From the NCBI GenBank assembly GCA_021772515.1, contig JAJFLU010000026.1, forward strand, positions 77,813-141,812: DNA of 64,000 nucleotides, given 5' to 3'. The notes beneath the pieces were generated by a model. The model was not told the DNA's origin. It made no database searches and saw nothing but the letters and a program-made list of their open reading frames with translations. Below, in pieces: positions 19,092 to 29,402 of the stretch (position 1 is the first letter of the stretch; each line of letters begins with the position of its first letter). The DNA is from Opitutales bacterium. Lineage in GTDB: Bacteria; Verrucomicrobiota; Verrucomicrobiia; Opitutales; UBA2987. The position numbers and the translations under genes are program-made.

Positions 19092-19673
19092 TTAAGAAGA
19101 TTGAATTTGTTGGTGGAGCAGCAAAATCTGATTTCGTAGAAAATTTTGGGATCCGTTGTTGGATACAACAAAATCAGCGCGCTTTACCTTGTCGGAAAGG
19201 GGCAATTGCAGGGCAATTCTCGCTAAAATCTGATTTCTGGTCAGCCCCTTGGCGCTACCTCTTCGCAATTGAATGGGCAGGCTTGCCGATATACAAACAG
19301 TTAATTGGAATAGTTTTTCAAGTTTTTTTTCAAAAAGAAGAGGAATTTCCACAATGGCCATCGCCCCGGAGTCCTCAGCAGCCCGATTTTCCCATTCCGT
19401 TTTGACAATCGGGTGCAGGAGATCCTCCAACCAAAGCCTGTGGGGAGAATTTGCAAAAATAATTCCAGAAAGAAACACCCTGTCAACCCTTCCTGCACCT
19501 TCAAAAACCTTGGATCCGAAACGATTGAGCAGGGCCGCACGCACCTCGGCATTGCCATCGAGCAGCCCGGCAACGATGCGGTCACAATCAATCCAGAGTG
19601 TCCCACACTCGGCAAATATGGCGGCGGCGGAAGATTTTCCGCTGCCGATACCTCCTGTCAAACCAATCAGCAT
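19092..19673 (-). CDS. coaE: Dephospho-CoA kinase
   Basis: 193 aa starting MLIGLTGGIGSGKSS (P-loop at the extreme N-terminus), typical CoaE length. Confidence 0.88.
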   Translation of the reverse strand: MLIGLTGGIGSGKSSAAAIFAECGTLWIDCDRIVAGLLDGNAEVRAALLNRFGSKVFEGAGRVDRVFLSGIIFANSPHRLWLEDLLHPIVKTEWENRAAEDSGAMAIVEIPLLFEKKLEKLFQLTVCISASLPIQLRRGSAKGLTRNQILARIALQLPLSDKVKRADFVVSNNGSQNFLRNQILLLHQQIQSS

Positions 19674-19958
19674 GATAATGATGATGATGTTGATGTCAAG
19701 AATAGGGCTTACTCCTGAAGGGAGCAGACATTAAACCAACTCCTGCCCAATAATAATTGGAATCCCTGCACTCATGGGCGATTCGCCGTGGCAAAAAGAG
19801 GATTGGTGATTTAAAATTACCATAATGATGGGGCCGATAAGGTCAACCGGAAAAACAAATCTTGGTGTGGCTGGCCTCCGAAGAAAATTTCATTGCTTTT
19901 TCCAACGCTATCCTACATTATGCAAATTTTACTACTATCGTTATCATAGTTGAGGAAT

Positions 19959-20837
19959 ATGGGGGAAAAAATGGAACCGAAATACAGGCTTGAGGATATG
20001 GACACATCGAGTCACGAAGTCGTGGCAAAGGTGGTTGCCGATATCCATCAAGAGATATTTCCCGGCGCCGACTGCGAATATCTTCCCCAATATTTCAGGG
20101 ATGTGGCCGCCATGTTCACCGGGCAATACCCCAATTACCAAGCGATGGACACCGTTTACCATGATCTGGAGCACACTTTGCAGGCCACTCTGTGCTGGGT
20201 TCGTTTGATGGCGAACCGCCACAGGCTTAACATTGAGCCCATTATGACGCCCCGTGATTTCCAGATTGGGTTTGTGGCCATTTTGATGCACGATGTCGGC
20301 TACCTCAAAGAAGCGGACGACGATGAGGGAACGGGAGCAAAGTTTACATTTGTCCATGAACGACGCAGTTGCGAATTCGCCGATATGTATCTGGAGGAGC
20401 AAGGTTGGCCCAAAAAGGCCATATTCGCTGTCCAACACCTTATCAGCTGCACCGGACCGCGAAGCCTGATCGATGCGATTCCATTTTACAACCGGCTGGA
20501 AAAAATTATGGGCATGGCGGTGTGCACGGCGGATTATCTCGGGCAGATGAGCGACCCCAAGTATATTAAAAAATTGCCCGTGCTCTACCTGGAATTTGAG
20601 GAATCGGACGATTTCCGCTGTATCGCCAAAGAGGATCGAATTTTTAAAAGCAGTGACGAATTGCTCAGAGGAACACCGTTTTTCTGGACTAATATCGTGG
20701 TGCCTAAAATGGATAATGATTGCGATTCCCTTTACAAATACCTGGCTGAACCTTACCCCGAAGGCGTCAATCCCTATGTCCAGGAAATCGAAAATAATGT
20801 CGAAACCGTGAAAGAAATGATGGGGATAGGCGCCTGA
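19959..20837 (+). CDS. HD-domain metal-dependent phosphohydrolase-like protein
   Basis: H...HD...D pattern (YHDLEHTLQ, AILMHDVGYL, CTADYLGQ). Start uncertain: TTG 19950, ATG 19959 or ATG 19971. Confidence 0.6.
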   Translation: MGEKMEPKYRLEDMDTSSHEVVAKVVADIHQEIFPGADCEYLPQYFRDVAAMFTGQYPNYQAMDTVYHDLEHTLQATLCWVRLMANRHRLNIEPIMTPRDFQIGFVAILMHDVGYLKEADDDEGTGAKFTFVHERRSCEFADMYLEEQGWPKKAIFAVQHLISCTGPRSLIDAIPFYNRLEKIMGMAVCTADYLGQMSDPKYIKKLPVLYLEFEESDDFRCIAKEDRIFKSSDELLRGTPFFWTNIVVPKMDNDCDSLYKYLAEPYPEGVNPYVQEIENNVETVKEMMGIGA

Positions 20838-20900
20838 TTTGCGGCTGACGCTTTAAAAGATAGACAGCCATTTCTTTCTGCCGTTAAATCCCTCAGCTAT

Positions 20901-22445
20901 ATGCTGGCGGTAGTATCATCGGGCGCTCTTCAGGGAATTGAGGCAATTTCCGTACAGGTTGAAGTAAACACGGGGGAAAGCGGCGAACCCAGAATTATTC
21001 TGGTCGGTTTGCCGGGAGCGGCCGTCAAGGAGTCCAATGACCGTGTGGTCTCGGCCATAACCAATAGCGGCTGGCGAGCGCCGACCACCCGCACCACAAT
21101 CAACCTGGCCCCCGGAAGCATCCGCAAGGAGGGTCCCGTTTACGATTTGCCAATCGCGCTGGGTATCCTGGCCTCGACTGGGCAATTGGAGGCCCCTCGA
21201 TTGGGCGACTACCTGATCGGGGGAGAACTCAGTCTATCGGGCCGCACACGGCCGGTTAAAGGCGCCCTTTCTTTGGCGCTGCTGGCACAAAAAGAAGGGA
21301 AATCCGGTGTGATTCTCCCTCCTATCTCGGCAGAAGAGGCCTCCCTGGTGGAAAACCAACCCGTTTATAGCGTTCACTCGCTGGATGAGGCAGTTCAATT
21401 TCTGTCGGGTAAAAAAATGCTGCCCAGAGTCAAGCCAACCCTCAATTCCCGCACAGGAAAGGAGGGCAATAAACACGGTTACGATCTGGATTTTTCCGAA
21501 ATACGGGGTCAGCAAAATGTGCGGCGGGCGGTCGAGGTGTCCGTTGCCGGTGGCCATAATTTGCTCATGATCGGCCCGCCGGGCTCAGGCAAATCGATGA
21601 TTTCCAAGAGAATTCCGACGATTTTTCCAGAGCCATCGATGGAGGAATTCCTCGAGATATTGAGCATCCATTCCGCCTCCGGAAATACCTTGAATGAAAA
21701 ACTGGAGGCATTTCAGCGGCCATTCAGGGCTCCCCACCATACGATTAGCGATGTCGGGCTTTTGGGAGGAGGCACCATCCCCGGTCCGGGCGAAATTTCC
21801 CTGGCCCATCATGGGGTACTTTTTCTGGATGAATTACCGGAGTTTAAGCGCTCGGCCCTGGAAGTGCTCCGGCAGCCGCTCGAGGATGGACATGTCACCA
21901 TCTCCCGGAGCGCGGGAAAAATCAACCTCCCTTGCTCATTCATGCTGGTTGCCGCCATGAACCCGTGCCCCTGTGGCTATCTTGGCGACCCCCGGCGTGA
22001 ATGCCGATGCACTCTACCACAGGTTCAGCGATACCGGGGGCGCATTAGTGGTCCGCTGCTGGATCGTATCGATATCCATGTGGAAGCGCCTTCTCTATCT
22101 ATCGGCGAATTACGCAAAGACACCCCGGCGGAGTCCTCCGATTCCTTGAGCGAGCGAATTGCAGAGGCCAGAAAAATCCAGCAAAAACGCTTTAGCCGAA
22201 GCAAGGTTCACTGCAATGGCCGTATGAACCAAGCCATGCTGAAGAAAAATTGCCGGATCAGTTCCTCGCAGGGCGATCTTTTGCAGCAGGCAATGGAGCA
22301 ATTGCACCTCTCGGCCCGCGCTTATGACCGAATTTTAAAAGTTTCCCGCACCATCGCCGACCTAACGGGGGCCGAAAACATCGAAGCCCCGCACTTGCTC
22401 GAAGCCATTCAGTACCGAAGCCTCGATCGCAATGTGTTTTATTAA
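20901..22445 (+). CDS. comM: YifB/ComM-family Mg-chelatase-like AAA+ ATPase
   Basis: N-terminal Lon-protease-like domain, Walker [10 protein letters not shown], Walker [12 protein letters not shown] and a C-terminal ChlI-type domain. 514 aa. Confidence 0.9.
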   Translation: MLAVVSSGALQGIEAISVQVEVNTGESGEPRIILVGLPGAAVKESNDRVVSAITNSGWRAPTTRTTINLAPGSIRKEGPVYDLPIALGILASTGQLEAPRLGDYLIGGELSLSGRTRPVKGALSLALLAQKEGKSGVILPPISAEEASLVENQPVYSVHSLDEAVQFLSGKKMLPRVKPTLNSRTGKEGNKHGYDLDFSEIRGQQNVRRAVEVSVAGGHNLLMIGPPGSGKSMISKRIPTIFPEPSMEEFLEILSIHSASGNTLNEKLEAFQRPFRAPHHTISDVGLLGGGTIPGPGEISLAHHGVLFLDELPEFKRSALEVLRQPLEDGHVTISRSAGKINLPCSFMLVAAMNPCPCGYLGDPRRECRCTLPQVQRYRGRISGPLLDRIDIHVEAPSLSIGELRKDTPAESSDSLSERIAEARKIQQKRFSRSKVHCNGRMNQAMLKKNCRISSSQGDLLQQAMEQLHLSARAYDRILKVSRTIADLTGAENIEAPHLLEAIQYRSLDRNVFY

Positions 22446-22473
22446 AACTGAGAATAGTTCAAACCCAGGAAAT

Positions 22474-23418
22474 ATGAAGATGAAAAAATACACGTTCCTA
22501 TTCGCGATGGCATTCCTGTCCTCAACGCCTTTCATCGGAGCCGAAACGCCGGACTACCCGGAGGCCAAAATTGCGGTGATTGGAGGCACATTTTTAAACG
22601 ATGCCATGTTTGACTCGGGCTACCTGAAGGAGAGTTTCACCATGGAGACAAGAGCGGGAATTTCGCCGGAAATCCACTACGGAGAGGTCGAGGACACTCC
22701 GTTTTACTACATCCACGGCCACGGGGGAGGCAAGTGGATCGAGACCTTTGCAGCCCTTTATGAGTTGGGTGTAAAAGAGATCATCGGCGGCGCTACGGCG
22801 GGATCTCTGAGCCCTCTGCTCAATGATGCCGATCTGGTTCTGCCGGAGGATGTGATCGACTTTAACACGACCCGAAAACCCTACATCGTTCCACAGGTGA
22901 TGGGGCCTAAGGCGCGCGTCACGGCGCGTATGAACCCGGCCACCGACCCGCTATTGCGGCAAATATTACTGGAAGAAGGGCGGCGTGTGATGCATGCCAG
23001 GGAGGATTTAATCGACGTCAATATCCTGGAAGGAGGCGCTCTGGTGCAGGCCAAAGGCGGGCGTTTTGAAAGCGCGGCGGAGATTCGTTTTTTCAAAAAC
23101 GCGGGAGGGCAGATCATCACCATGAACAATGGCACTGAAATGTCCTATGCGCGGCAACTGGGCATCCATTACGCCTGTTTGAACCTGATATCGAACCCGG
23201 CGGAGGGCCTCGGGGATTGGGAATGGGCGGGCATACCTCCCATCTACCAGCGCATGAATCCGGTTTGCCTGAAAATAGTGGCCGCCGCCATTCCGAGAAT
23301 TGCCGCAATCGAGGAAGGCACGCCCCGGGTGATGGATAATCAACTCCGCCTGAAACAAAACTTCACCTACAAAAAGAACCCCGAAGAAGCCGAAGAACGA
23401 CCCTTCGCGGTGGAGTGA
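22474..23418 (+). CDS. MTAP/purine-nucleoside-phosphorylase-family (PNP_UDP_1) protein with a predicted signal peptide
   Basis: After MKMKKYTFLFAMAFLSSTPFIGAE, the protein aligns by eye to 5'-methylthioadenosine phosphorylase (IAVIGGT, HGHGGG, GGATAGSL, GGRFESAAEIRFFKNAGGQIITMNNGTE, LISNPAEG). Confidence 0.65.
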   Translation: MKMKKYTFLFAMAFLSSTPFIGAETPDYPEAKIAVIGGTFLNDAMFDSGYLKESFTMETRAGISPEIHYGEVEDTPFYYIHGHGGGKWIETFAALYELGVKEIIGGATAGSLSPLLNDADLVLPEDVIDFNTTRKPYIVPQVMGPKARVTARMNPATDPLLRQILLEEGRRVMHAREDLIDVNILEGGALVQAKGGRFESAAEIRFFKNAGGQIITMNNGTEMSYARQLGIHYACLNLISNPAEGLGDWEWAGIPPIYQRMNPVCLKIVAAAIPRIAAIEEGTPRVMDNQLRLKQNFTYKKNPEEAEERPFAVE

Positions 23419-23441
23419 TAGGAGAAGCTAGCCGTCTTTTG

Positions 23442-24671
23442 TTACCGGTTGGCAGGATAGAACATTTCCGGCAGGACGATCTTGCGGGAAGCCAGTTTCA
23501 TCAGGAAAAGGGCGGTGAGGCGGGCTCGCTCTGGCAGGCTGTCGAGAAAGACGTGCTCTTTATCGCTGTGGATGTCGCCTCCGCGAACTCCGAGGGTGTC
23601 GAGGTTGGGCAATCCGGCTCCCGCGAGGTTGTTTCCATCGCTGCAACCCCCCGAATCCCGCCATTCGAGGCTCAAAGCGAGGTCTTGGGCGCAGTTATTG
23701 TAAAAACCGAAAAGTTGCTCGATTTGCGGTGTCAATTCCTTGGGCGCACGGCTGAAAGCGCCCTCCCATTCGAGGTGGAGGCCCTCTTGCCGGTTGGCTT
23801 CTTCGATCAGCGCTTCAATGCGATTTTGGATCACGGCTATGTCCTCTTTTCGGTCGATGCGGATGTTGATTTGAGCGGAGGCATACTCCGGGACGATGTT
23901 TGTGGGGCCACCGCCGGTGATTTTACCCACGTTGAAAATGGCTCCGGGAATTTCTCCGTTCAAGTCTTGTACTTTCAAAACAATTTGGCTAAGAGCGACA
24001 ATGGCGTTGCGCCCATTTTGAAAATCACGCCCCACGTGGGCCGGTCGGCCTTTTGCCACGACACTGAAAGTGCCCGCGCCTTTTCTCCTCCGAATCAAAG
24101 AACCATCCCGGAGCGACGACTCGAAAACGAGCCCGATTTGATGCCTTACAGCCGCCTTTTTAAGAAAATCCGCGCTTCCCGGTGAGCCGATCTCCTCGTC
24201 GGGCCCGATATAGACCTCCCAACCAAGATTTTCGGCAAAGGGAGAGCGTTCAAAAGCTTCGAGGGCTTTCAGCATGACGACGAGCCCGCCTTTCATGTCG
24301 GCAACACCCGGGCCGTTGAGGGTATTTTGGTCGATCAACCGGCATTTTTGAAAAGGATGCTCAGGCCCGTAAACCGTGTCCATGTGGCCGTTGAGAAATA
24401 CCTGGAGGGGAGCTTCGGGACGACAAACCAGTCGGAGACCCTTGCCCAATTCTGTTTCGGGATGGCCGCAGGCGTCAGTCCGGGCTGACAAGGCAACCAC
24501 AGACATTTCACCGGGGAGGTGAGAGAATTCCGATTTGAGCGCTTCCAGCATACTCGATAAGCCAGCGGAATTATTGGTGCCGGAATTGATGTCGCACCAC
24601 GAGATCAGGAGGTCGCGCATCCTGGGGGCATCGGATTCGATATCTTGCAAATAGGGCAGAAACTCGTTCAT
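23442..24671 (-). CDS. M20-family metallopeptidase (carboxypeptidase G2 / glutamate carboxypeptidase-like)
   Basis: NGHMDTV, GPGVADMKGG and GPDEEIGSPG metal-ligand motifs. 409 aa. Confidence 0.85.
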   Translation of the reverse strand: MNEFLPYLQDIESDAPRMRDLLISWCDINSGTNNSAGLSSMLEALKSEFSHLPGEMSVVALSARTDACGHPETELGKGLRLVCRPEAPLQVFLNGHMDTVYGPEHPFQKCRLIDQNTLNGPGVADMKGGLVVMLKALEAFERSPFAENLGWEVYIGPDEEIGSPGSADFLKKAAVRHQIGLVFESSLRDGSLIRRRKGAGTFSVVAKGRPAHVGRDFQNGRNAIVALSQIVLKVQDLNGEIPGAIFNVGKITGGGPTNIVPEYASAQINIRIDRKEDIAVIQNRIEALIEEANRQEGLHLEWEGAFSRAPKELTPQIEQLFGFYNNCAQDLALSLEWRDSGGCSDGNNLAGAGLPNLDTLGVRGGDIHSDKEHVFLDSLPERARLTALFLMKLASRKIVLPEMFYPANR

Positions 24672-24809
24672 GGATAAGTATTACTGCCATCGACAAGAGC
24701 GGGCGTAGGCCCACGGTGTCAATACCCTTTCACTTACCGTATGACCAAAATTAAAGACTTGTAAGCTCAACGCAATTTTGTGCTTATTATGACACTCTGA
24801 CTAAGAGCT

Positions 24810-27800
24810 ATGCCCAGCCTACAAGAAATCCAAAGGAGATCGATAATTCCCATGACAATGGGTGCTCTTTTGCTTTTCTCATTAATTTCTGTGAGCGGGC
24901 TGTCTGGTGGGGAGTCTGCCGGTCCAGAGTTGGGATTGCGGGATAACACACCGAGAGTTCACGCCCTCATCGGCGCCAAGGTGGTAACCGCTCCGGGCAA
25001 AGTGATCGAAAATGGCATTGTCATTCTGCGCGATGGGTTGATCGAGGCTGTTGGGAGCGAGTTGGCATTGCCAGCGGATGCCCGTGTTTGGGATCTTTCG
25101 GGGAAAACGATTTATCCCGGTTTCATCGACAGCTATACCGAGCTTGGCCTACCCAAGGATTTACAGACGCCGAAAAAAAAGCCAGCGCCCGTAATGTTCG
25201 GTGCGAGGCCGCCGCCGAATCAGAAAAAACCGAAACCCGAGGGCGGCGCGGAGCATTGGAACCCATTTGTCTCACCCCAGCGGAACGCCTTGAAATACAT
25301 CAAGTTGCACCCGAAAGAAGTGAGTGAGATGCGGGAAATGGGTTTTGCCGCCGCTTTGATTGCGCCCGCAAAAGGGGTTTTTCGGGGGCAGGGATGCGTG
25401 GTTAATCTGAGCGGTAAATCCATTAACAATTCCCTCTTGATGGAAAAGGCGACCCAGCATATCGCTTTTGAAACCAACCCCTGGACTTCGGGCATTTATC
25501 CCACTTCACTGATGGGGACTACCGCCTTGATTCGGCAAACCTTTTACGATGCCCGCTGGCATTTGGACAGAAAAACTGCCTGGAAAGCTGGTCAATCGGA
25601 TGAGAGACCCGAAACAAATGCCGCTCTCGATGCTTTAACCTTGGCCTCGGATGGCAGCCAAACGATTCTTTTTGAAGCAAAGGATGAGCTGGATTATCAA
25701 AGGACAGCCCGAATCGTGGACGAATTTGACCTCGATTACGCCTTCCTCGGCAATGGCCATGAATACAGAAAAACAGCCCTCCTGCGGGAAATGGGCGCCA
25801 CGGTTGTTTTACCCCTGAATTTCCCCGAGGCGCCGTCTGTGGAAAATCCCGACAGAAGTCTGGAAATATCCCTGGAAGCGCTTCAACACTGGGATGCGGC
25901 GCCGGCAAATGCGGCGGTTTTGGCCAAGACGGGTATTCAATTCAGTGTTACGACAAATCGACTAAAATCGCCCGGAAAAACGTTTTGGAAAAATATTCGC
26001 AAGGCCGTCGAAAGCGGATTGGAGGAAGAGGAGGCGTTGGCCGCCTTAACGACCCACCCCGCCGAATTGCTGGATTTAAGTGGCAAGATTGGTAAAATCG
26101 CGTCGGGCAAAATAGCCAATTTGGTGGTTGCCGATGGAAATCTGTTCAAAGAAGAGAAATCGAAAATCTTATCGGTCTGGATCGATGGGCAGCGATATGC
26201 CAACAAAGCCGCCGATGCCATTGACCCTCGGGGAACGTGGGCATTGGACTGGAAGGGAGTCGAGGGTCCGACGGAGTGGAAAATTTCCGGAAAACCGGCC
26301 AAACTTGAAATCGAGGCCAAGGGCGAGACCTTTTCCGCCAAACTTGACGCAAAAACCGTTTTGGCTTTCCCCCCTGCCGCTCTATTTGATTTGGGAGAGG
26401 GGATTATCCAAATCTCAGCAGTTTTGGACGATAACCGCTGGTCCGGCACGGGAATACTGCCCGACGGCAAGGTGTTTTCTTGTAGCGGAGAGCGCACGGC
26501 GCCTTATTCCGAGGAAGAGGATGCGGATATGGAAACCCCAAAAGAGGAGCGCCAATTGCCTGAATTCACCGCCTCCTATCCGGCGGGAGCTTTTGGTAAA
26601 ACCGGAATCCTTGAGCAGCCCGATACGGTATTGATTCGCAACGCCACCATTTGGACAAGCGGTTCGCAGGGAGTGCTGCAAAATTCCGATATGTTGATTC
26701 GTAGGGGAAAAATCGTGGAAGTCGGGAAAGGTTTACAGGCTCCAGATGGCGCAAAAGTGATTGATGCGTCGGGGAAGCATGTCACCGCGGGTTTAATCGA
26801 TGCCCATTCGCATACCGCCATCGCCCGTGGGGTAAACGAAGCTTCCCACGCCGTAACGGTGGAAGTCCGAGTCGGGGATGCGATCGATCCCACTGACATC
26901 GGGCTCTATCGGGAGTTGGCTGGGGGGTTGACAACGGCCAATCTTTTACATGGATCAGCCAACCCGATGGGGGGTCAAAACCAGGTTATCAAACTTCGTT
27001 GGGGGGAGGATGCCGAGGGGCTGAAGTTTCAGGGCGCCATGCCGGGTGTGAAATTTGCCCTCGGTGAAAACGTAAAGCAAAGCAATTGGGGCGATCATTT
27101 CATAACCCGCTACCCGCAGACTCGTATGGGGGTCGATCAAATCATGCGCGACACATTCAAGGCGGCGCAGGACTACGAAAGAGCCTGGCAGGAATATCGG
27201 GCCGATCCGGAGGGGGCCGCGCCTCGCCGCAACCTTCGATTAGAGGCCGCTCTGGAAATTCTCAACAAGGAGCGCATCGTCCATATTCACTCCTATCGAC
27301 AGGATGAGATTCTCGCTTTTGCCCGCTTGGCGAGGGAAATGGATTTCACGGTGGGAACCTTTCAGCATATTCTCGAAGGCTACAAGGTGGCCGATGAACT
27401 CGCCGCGATCGGGGCCGGGGGCTCCACTTTTTCCGATTGGTGGGCCTATAAATTCGAAGTTTACGATGCCATTCCCTACAATGGCGCGCTGATGCACGAA
27501 AACGGAGTGCTCACCTCGTTTAATTCCGATGATAATGATCTTGCCCGGCGCTTGAACACGGAGGCTGCCAAAGCGGTCAAATACGGGGGCGTGAGCGAAG
27601 AGGATGCCCTTAATTTCGTCACTTTTAACCCGGCCAAACAACTGCGCATCAACCAGTGGGTGGGTTCACTGGAGCCGGGCAAGGACGCCGATTTCGTGAT
27701 CTGGAATGGGCATCCGCTATCCACTTTCAGTCGAGCCGAAGAGACATGGATCGAGGGGCGTAAGTATTTTGACCGGCAAGAGGATTTGCGCCAACAGGTG

Positions 27801-28001
27801 ATTGTCCGGCAGGAGCGGCGGAGGTTGATCCAAAAAGCGCTCGCCGCGCGTTTGAAAAAACTCGAAAAACCAGAGGAAGAAGGGGCGAAAGATAACGATA
27901 AACCCTCTCTTTCTGGGTTAAAAGATGGATTTCGCTCCATTTACCATAATGGCGAAAGCCTTGAAACTTGCTCCGGGGATGAGGGCCACCACCTGAATTA
28001 A
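24810..28001 (+). CDS. Secreted two-module amidohydrolase-family protein
   Basis: 1063 aa. The N-terminal hydrophobic leader may really start at MTMGALLLFSL, 24852. The first module has PGFIDSYTELG where HxH is expected. The second module has an intact AGLIDAHSHTA and a C-terminal GKDADFVIW. Confidence 0.8.
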   Translation: MPSLQEIQRRSIIPMTMGALLLFSLISVSGLSGGESAGPELGLRDNTPRVHALIGAKVVTAPGKVIENGIVILRDGLIEAVGSELALPADARVWDLSGKTIYPGFIDSYTELGLPKDLQTPKKKPAPVMFGARPPPNQKKPKPEGGAEHWNPFVSPQRNALKYIKLHPKEVSEMREMGFAAALIAPAKGVFRGQGCVVNLSGKSINNSLLMEKATQHIAFETNPWTSGIYPTSLMGTTALIRQTFYDARWHLDRKTAWKAGQSDERPETNAALDALTLASDGSQTILFEAKDELDYQRTARIVDEFDLDYAFLGNGHEYRKTALLREMGATVVLPLNFPEAPSVENPDRSLEISLEALQHWDAAPANAAVLAKTGIQFSVTTNRLKSPGKTFWKNIRKAVESGLEEEEALAALTTHPAELLDLSGKIGKIASGKIANLVVADGNLFKEEKSKILSVWIDGQRYANKAADAIDPRGTWALDWKGVEGPTEWKISGKPAKLEIEAKGETFSAKLDAKTVLAFPPAALFDLGEGIIQISAVLDDNRWSGTGILPDGKVFSCSGERTAPYSEEEDADMETPKEERQLPEFTASYPAGAFGKTGILEQPDTVLIRNATIWTSGSQGVLQNSDMLIRRGKIVEVGKGLQAPDGAKVIDASGKHVTAGLIDAHSHTAIARGVNEASHAVTVEVRVGDAIDPTDIGLYRELAGGLTTANLLHGSANPMGGQNQVIKLRWGEDAEGLKFQGAMPGVKFALGENVKQSNWGDHFITRYPQTRMGVDQIMRDTFKAAQDYERAWQEYRADPEGAAPRRNLRLEAALEILNKERIVHIHSYRQDEILAFARLAREMDFTVGTFQHILEGYKVADELAAIGAGGSTFSDWWAYKFEVYDAIPYNGALMHENGVLTSFNSDDNDLARRLNTEAAKAVKYGGVSEEDALNFVTFNPAKQLRINQWVGSLEPGKDADFVIWNGHPLSTFSRAEETWIEGRKYFDRQEDLRQQVIVRQERRRLIQKALAARLKKLEKPEEEGAKDNDKPSLSGLKDGFRSIYHNGESLETCSGDEGHHLN

Positions 28002-28016
28002 CCGGCCAAACCCGCA

Positions 28017-29402
28017 ATGAAATCGATTACTTTCAACCCCCGTGCAAACGGCTTATCCTTTTGGAAAGCAGGTCTCCTGCTAGTCTTGTTGTCGGGAGTT
28101 TGCGCGATGGCACGAGCAAATACGACAGTGCCTGCCCCCACTCAGGATCACCCCATCATCCTGAAAGGAGCGGTCATTTATCCGGTCGCCTATCCACCGA
28201 TTGAGGGGGCTCAGATTCTTTTTGAAAATGGGAAAATAGCCGCTGTAGGCAAGCGTATCAAGGTCCCGAAAAATGCCGAGATAATTGATGTATCGGGAAA
28301 ACGTATTTATCCGGGGTTGATCTCTCCGAATTCTTTGGCCGGGTTGGTTGAAATCGGGGCCGTGCGCGCGACGAGGGATTTTACGGAAGTCGGTGATATC
28401 AACCCCAACGCCAGGGCCGAACGAGCCGTCAATCCCGATAGTGAGATTTTTCCCGTCACCCGCGCCAATGGGGTGCTGATGGTAAATACCGTGCCATCGG
28501 CGGGGGCAAAAGGGCTCATCGCGGGAACCTCGGCCTTGATGAAACTCGATGGCTGGACATGGGAGCAGATGGTGGTGAAAGCTCCGGTCGGGCTGCATAT
28601 CAAGTGGCCGGTTCGGGTATCAGGGGGAGCAAGTGTTTTCACTCGCAGGGCGGCTTACAGTCCGGGAACCAAAGACGAGGAAAAGAAATATAAAAAATCC
28701 CTTCGTAAGTTAGAGGAGAGTTTCGCCAATGCGAGGGCTTATTTAAAAGGTGTTGAAAATGCCTCTGAAAAACCGGAAACGGATGTTCGCTGGGAAGCCA
28801 TGATACCATTTTTGAAAAAAGAGGCGCCGGTATTTGTCCATGCCAACCGGCTGGAGGAAATTCGAGCAGCGGTGCATTGGGCGGAAGAAGAGGATGTGCG
28901 TCTTGTCATCGTGGGTGGGCAGGACGCCTGGCGAGCTGGCGATTTATTGAGGGAGAAAAACGTGGCAGTGATTGTGAGTCCGGTAATGGCTCTTCCCCTG
29001 CGACGGTGGGAGGCCTACGACACCCCTTACTCCAACCCGGCAAAACTTCACGAATCGGGGGTTTTATTCGCCATCGCCAATAAGGGAAACAGGGGTGACG
29101 CCGCCCACGAGAGGAATCTCCCTTACCAGGCGGCTATGGCGGCAGCCTACGGGCTCCCAAAAGAGGAGGCGCTCAAAGCGATAACGATCAACGCGGCCAA
29201 AATCCTGGGGGTGGAAGATCGCCTTGGCTCTCTGGAGGCGGGTAAAGACGCCACTTTGATTGTTACCGACGGCGATCCTCTGGAAATTCGGACGCATGTG
29301 GAAATGGCGTTCATTGACGGACGAGCTATCGATTTGTCCAGCCGCCATACAGAACTCTACGAAAAATATCAGGAGAAATACCGTCAATTGAAGAGCGAAT
29401 GA
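28017..29402 (+). CDS. Secreted amidohydrolase-family protein with a degenerate metal site
   Basis: 461 aa with a signal-like N-terminus, PGLISPNSLAGL in place of the HxH motif, and C-terminal GKDATLIVTDGDPLE. It is a paralogue of the preceding gene's modules. Confidence 0.78.
   Translation: MKSITFNPRANGLSFWKAGLLLVLLSGVCAMARANTTVPAPTQDHPIILKGAVIYPVAYPPIEGAQILFENGKIAAVGKRIKVPKNAEIIDVSGKRIYPGLISPNSLAGLVEIGAVRATRDFTEVGDINPNARAERAVNPDSEIFPVTRANGVLMVNTVPSAGAKGLIAGTSALMKLDGWTWEQMVVKAPVGLHIKWPVRVSGGASVFTRRAAYSPGTKDEEKKYKKSLRKLEESFANARAYLKGVENASEKPETDVRWEAMIPFLKKEAPVFVHANRLEEIRAAVHWAEEEDVRLVIVGGQDAWRAGDLLREKNVAVIVSPVMALPLRRWEAYDTPYSNPAKLHESGVLFAIANKGNRGDAAHERNLPYQAAMAAAYGLPKEEALKAITINAAKILGVEDRLGSLEAGKDATLIVTDGDPLEIRTHVEMAFIDGRAIDLSSRHTELYEKYQEKYRQLKSE

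Noticed and set aside
19675-19700. Short ATG/ATC-type trinucleotide run (ATGATAATGATGATGATGTTGATG) just upstream of coaE
   Set aside because: There are only a few imperfect repeats, with no evidence of phase variation or coding function.
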